A DNA stretch of 63,404 nucleotides, filler included, from Squatina squatina (Eukaryota), in NCBI GenBank assembly GCA_031763465.1. It is 4 parts of 4 records of this genome, joined end to end, with 100 filler letters (N's around TTAATTAATTAA, not from the genome) between each part and the next. Parts side by side here need not be neighbours in the genome. Positions count along the whole stretch, not along the records: positions 49,588 to 63,404 come from JARFOE010000176.1; 3 more parts are not named here. One strand, written 5' to 3'. Positions 62,505-63,404 of the stretch are shown piece by piece. The position numbers were made by a program, and so were the translations under genes. Numbering within the stretch: position 1 is the first letter of the stretch; every line of letters begins with the position of its first letter. Under the pieces are notes generated by a model. It was not told the origin of the DNA. It did no database searches and saw only the letters and a list, made by a program, of their open reading frames with translations.

Positions 62505-62862
62505 GGCAAGCAAGTTACAGAAAGTGCGAGCTGATAAAGTCGCAGCAAGTGAAACAGGGCTTGGGTTAACAGGACAAGCAACTGTGCATCTCCTAATTCA
62601 ATCAGATAGAAGGATTGTGAAATTAACAGCACAAGGACTGAAGAAAGTATAAATTAGAGTAGGTGAATTCAATGTCAAATCAGGTACAGAAAGAGAAATA
62701 CACAGAAAGAAGGGTTAGATTAAGAGAGAAAAAGAGACAGAAAGGAAAAGTTTTTTTTAAAAAGTTAAATTTTAAATTTGACATTTTTAAAATCTCTGGA
62801 ATGAGACTTTGCACTTGTAATGGTTAATTTTCAGTGCCAGAGGGGTTAATTGGCAGTAATTG
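62505..62862. mobile_element. Non-autonomous interspersed repeat fragment
   Basis: aaatcaggtacagaaagagaaa...gattaagagagaaaaagagacagaaagg...ttcagtgccagagg...ggcagtaatt, recalled as a common shark repeat. Family not determined. Confidence 0.45.
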
Positions 62863-62931
62863 AGTGAAGTGTGTCATTTGACTTGACAAAAAAATGAGTG
62901 TCGGTATGGCACGGCACTAACTATACTTAAA

Positions 62932-62947
62932 GTGCCCTCTGCTGGCA
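62932..62947 (-). promoter_or_regulatory. CTCF core motif match
   Basis: Minus strand TGCCAGCAGAGGGCAC fits CCASYAGRKGGCRS. A weaker match GCCACCAGGTGGCTG lies at ~37656. Confidence 0.4.
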
Positions 62948-63404
62948 CATGTCGATCATTTCTGGAGCATTACTGAAGGCTATCCGAATACATTATGCTT
63001 GTTTAAGAGCCACAGAGGGGGTATAGAAGGGTTTTGGTCTCCAGATAACAGAGAGTTAGGCAAGGAGCGACAAACAAGAGATGTGGAAGAATTTGTGTTA
63101 ATCACAACTCACTTGTTTGTTATTCCATGTTTCTTGTTTGATTAAAAGCTACAATTTAATGCTATGTGGGGAATTCCATTCAGATCAAGAGACCTACCAC
63201 AAAAATTAATAGGAACAATGCATATCAGTCCTATTATCAATTTATGAGGTGCAGTACAAGGCAGTAAAAGTCACTAATGCCTTGAATGAATGCCAACCTG
63301 CTCATTACTGAGTTAGAGGCTTGTATGTTGAGTATGTTACAGTTGTGATGGATGTCTACATGTAGTAAAGTAGGGCACTAATTAAATGTGTTCTCCAATG
63401 AAAG

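Overview
Eukaryotic, vertebrate DNA. The interspersed repeats (SacSINE1/DeuSINE-like SINEs, CR1/L2 tails, Harbinger relics, Penelope-like ends) point to a cartilaginous fish, probably a shark; this is inference. The window is not one locus. Three artificial linkers (44 N + TTAATTAATTAA + 44 N) join four unrelated scaffolds, each made of short contigs separated mostly by ~100-N gaps. Scaffold 1 (1-15842) has an RNF180 exon, HTR1A, the IPO11 terminal exon and LRRC70, in the order and orientation of human 5q12. Scaffold 2 (15943-33374) has several satellites and exon 2 plus the 3'UTR of a ZFP36L1-like gene. Scaffold 3 (33475-49487) is mostly repeats, with unassigned candidate exons and a Penelope-type minimal hammerhead ribozyme core. 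Scaffold 4 (49588-63404) has ANGPTL1 antisense to three RALGPS2 exons. HTR1A, LRRC70 and ZFP36L1 are each broken mid-CDS, which most parsimoniously reflects chimeric or low-coverage assembly rather than three gene losses. I found no convincing new multi-gene system. The best leads are the HTR1A lesion, an orphan ORF behind a CpG/CRE/E-box promoter upstream of the last IPO11 exon, the hammerhead core, and a 1318-bp circularly closed higher-order satellite. Gene identities come from my recall of human protein sequences, not from database searches.
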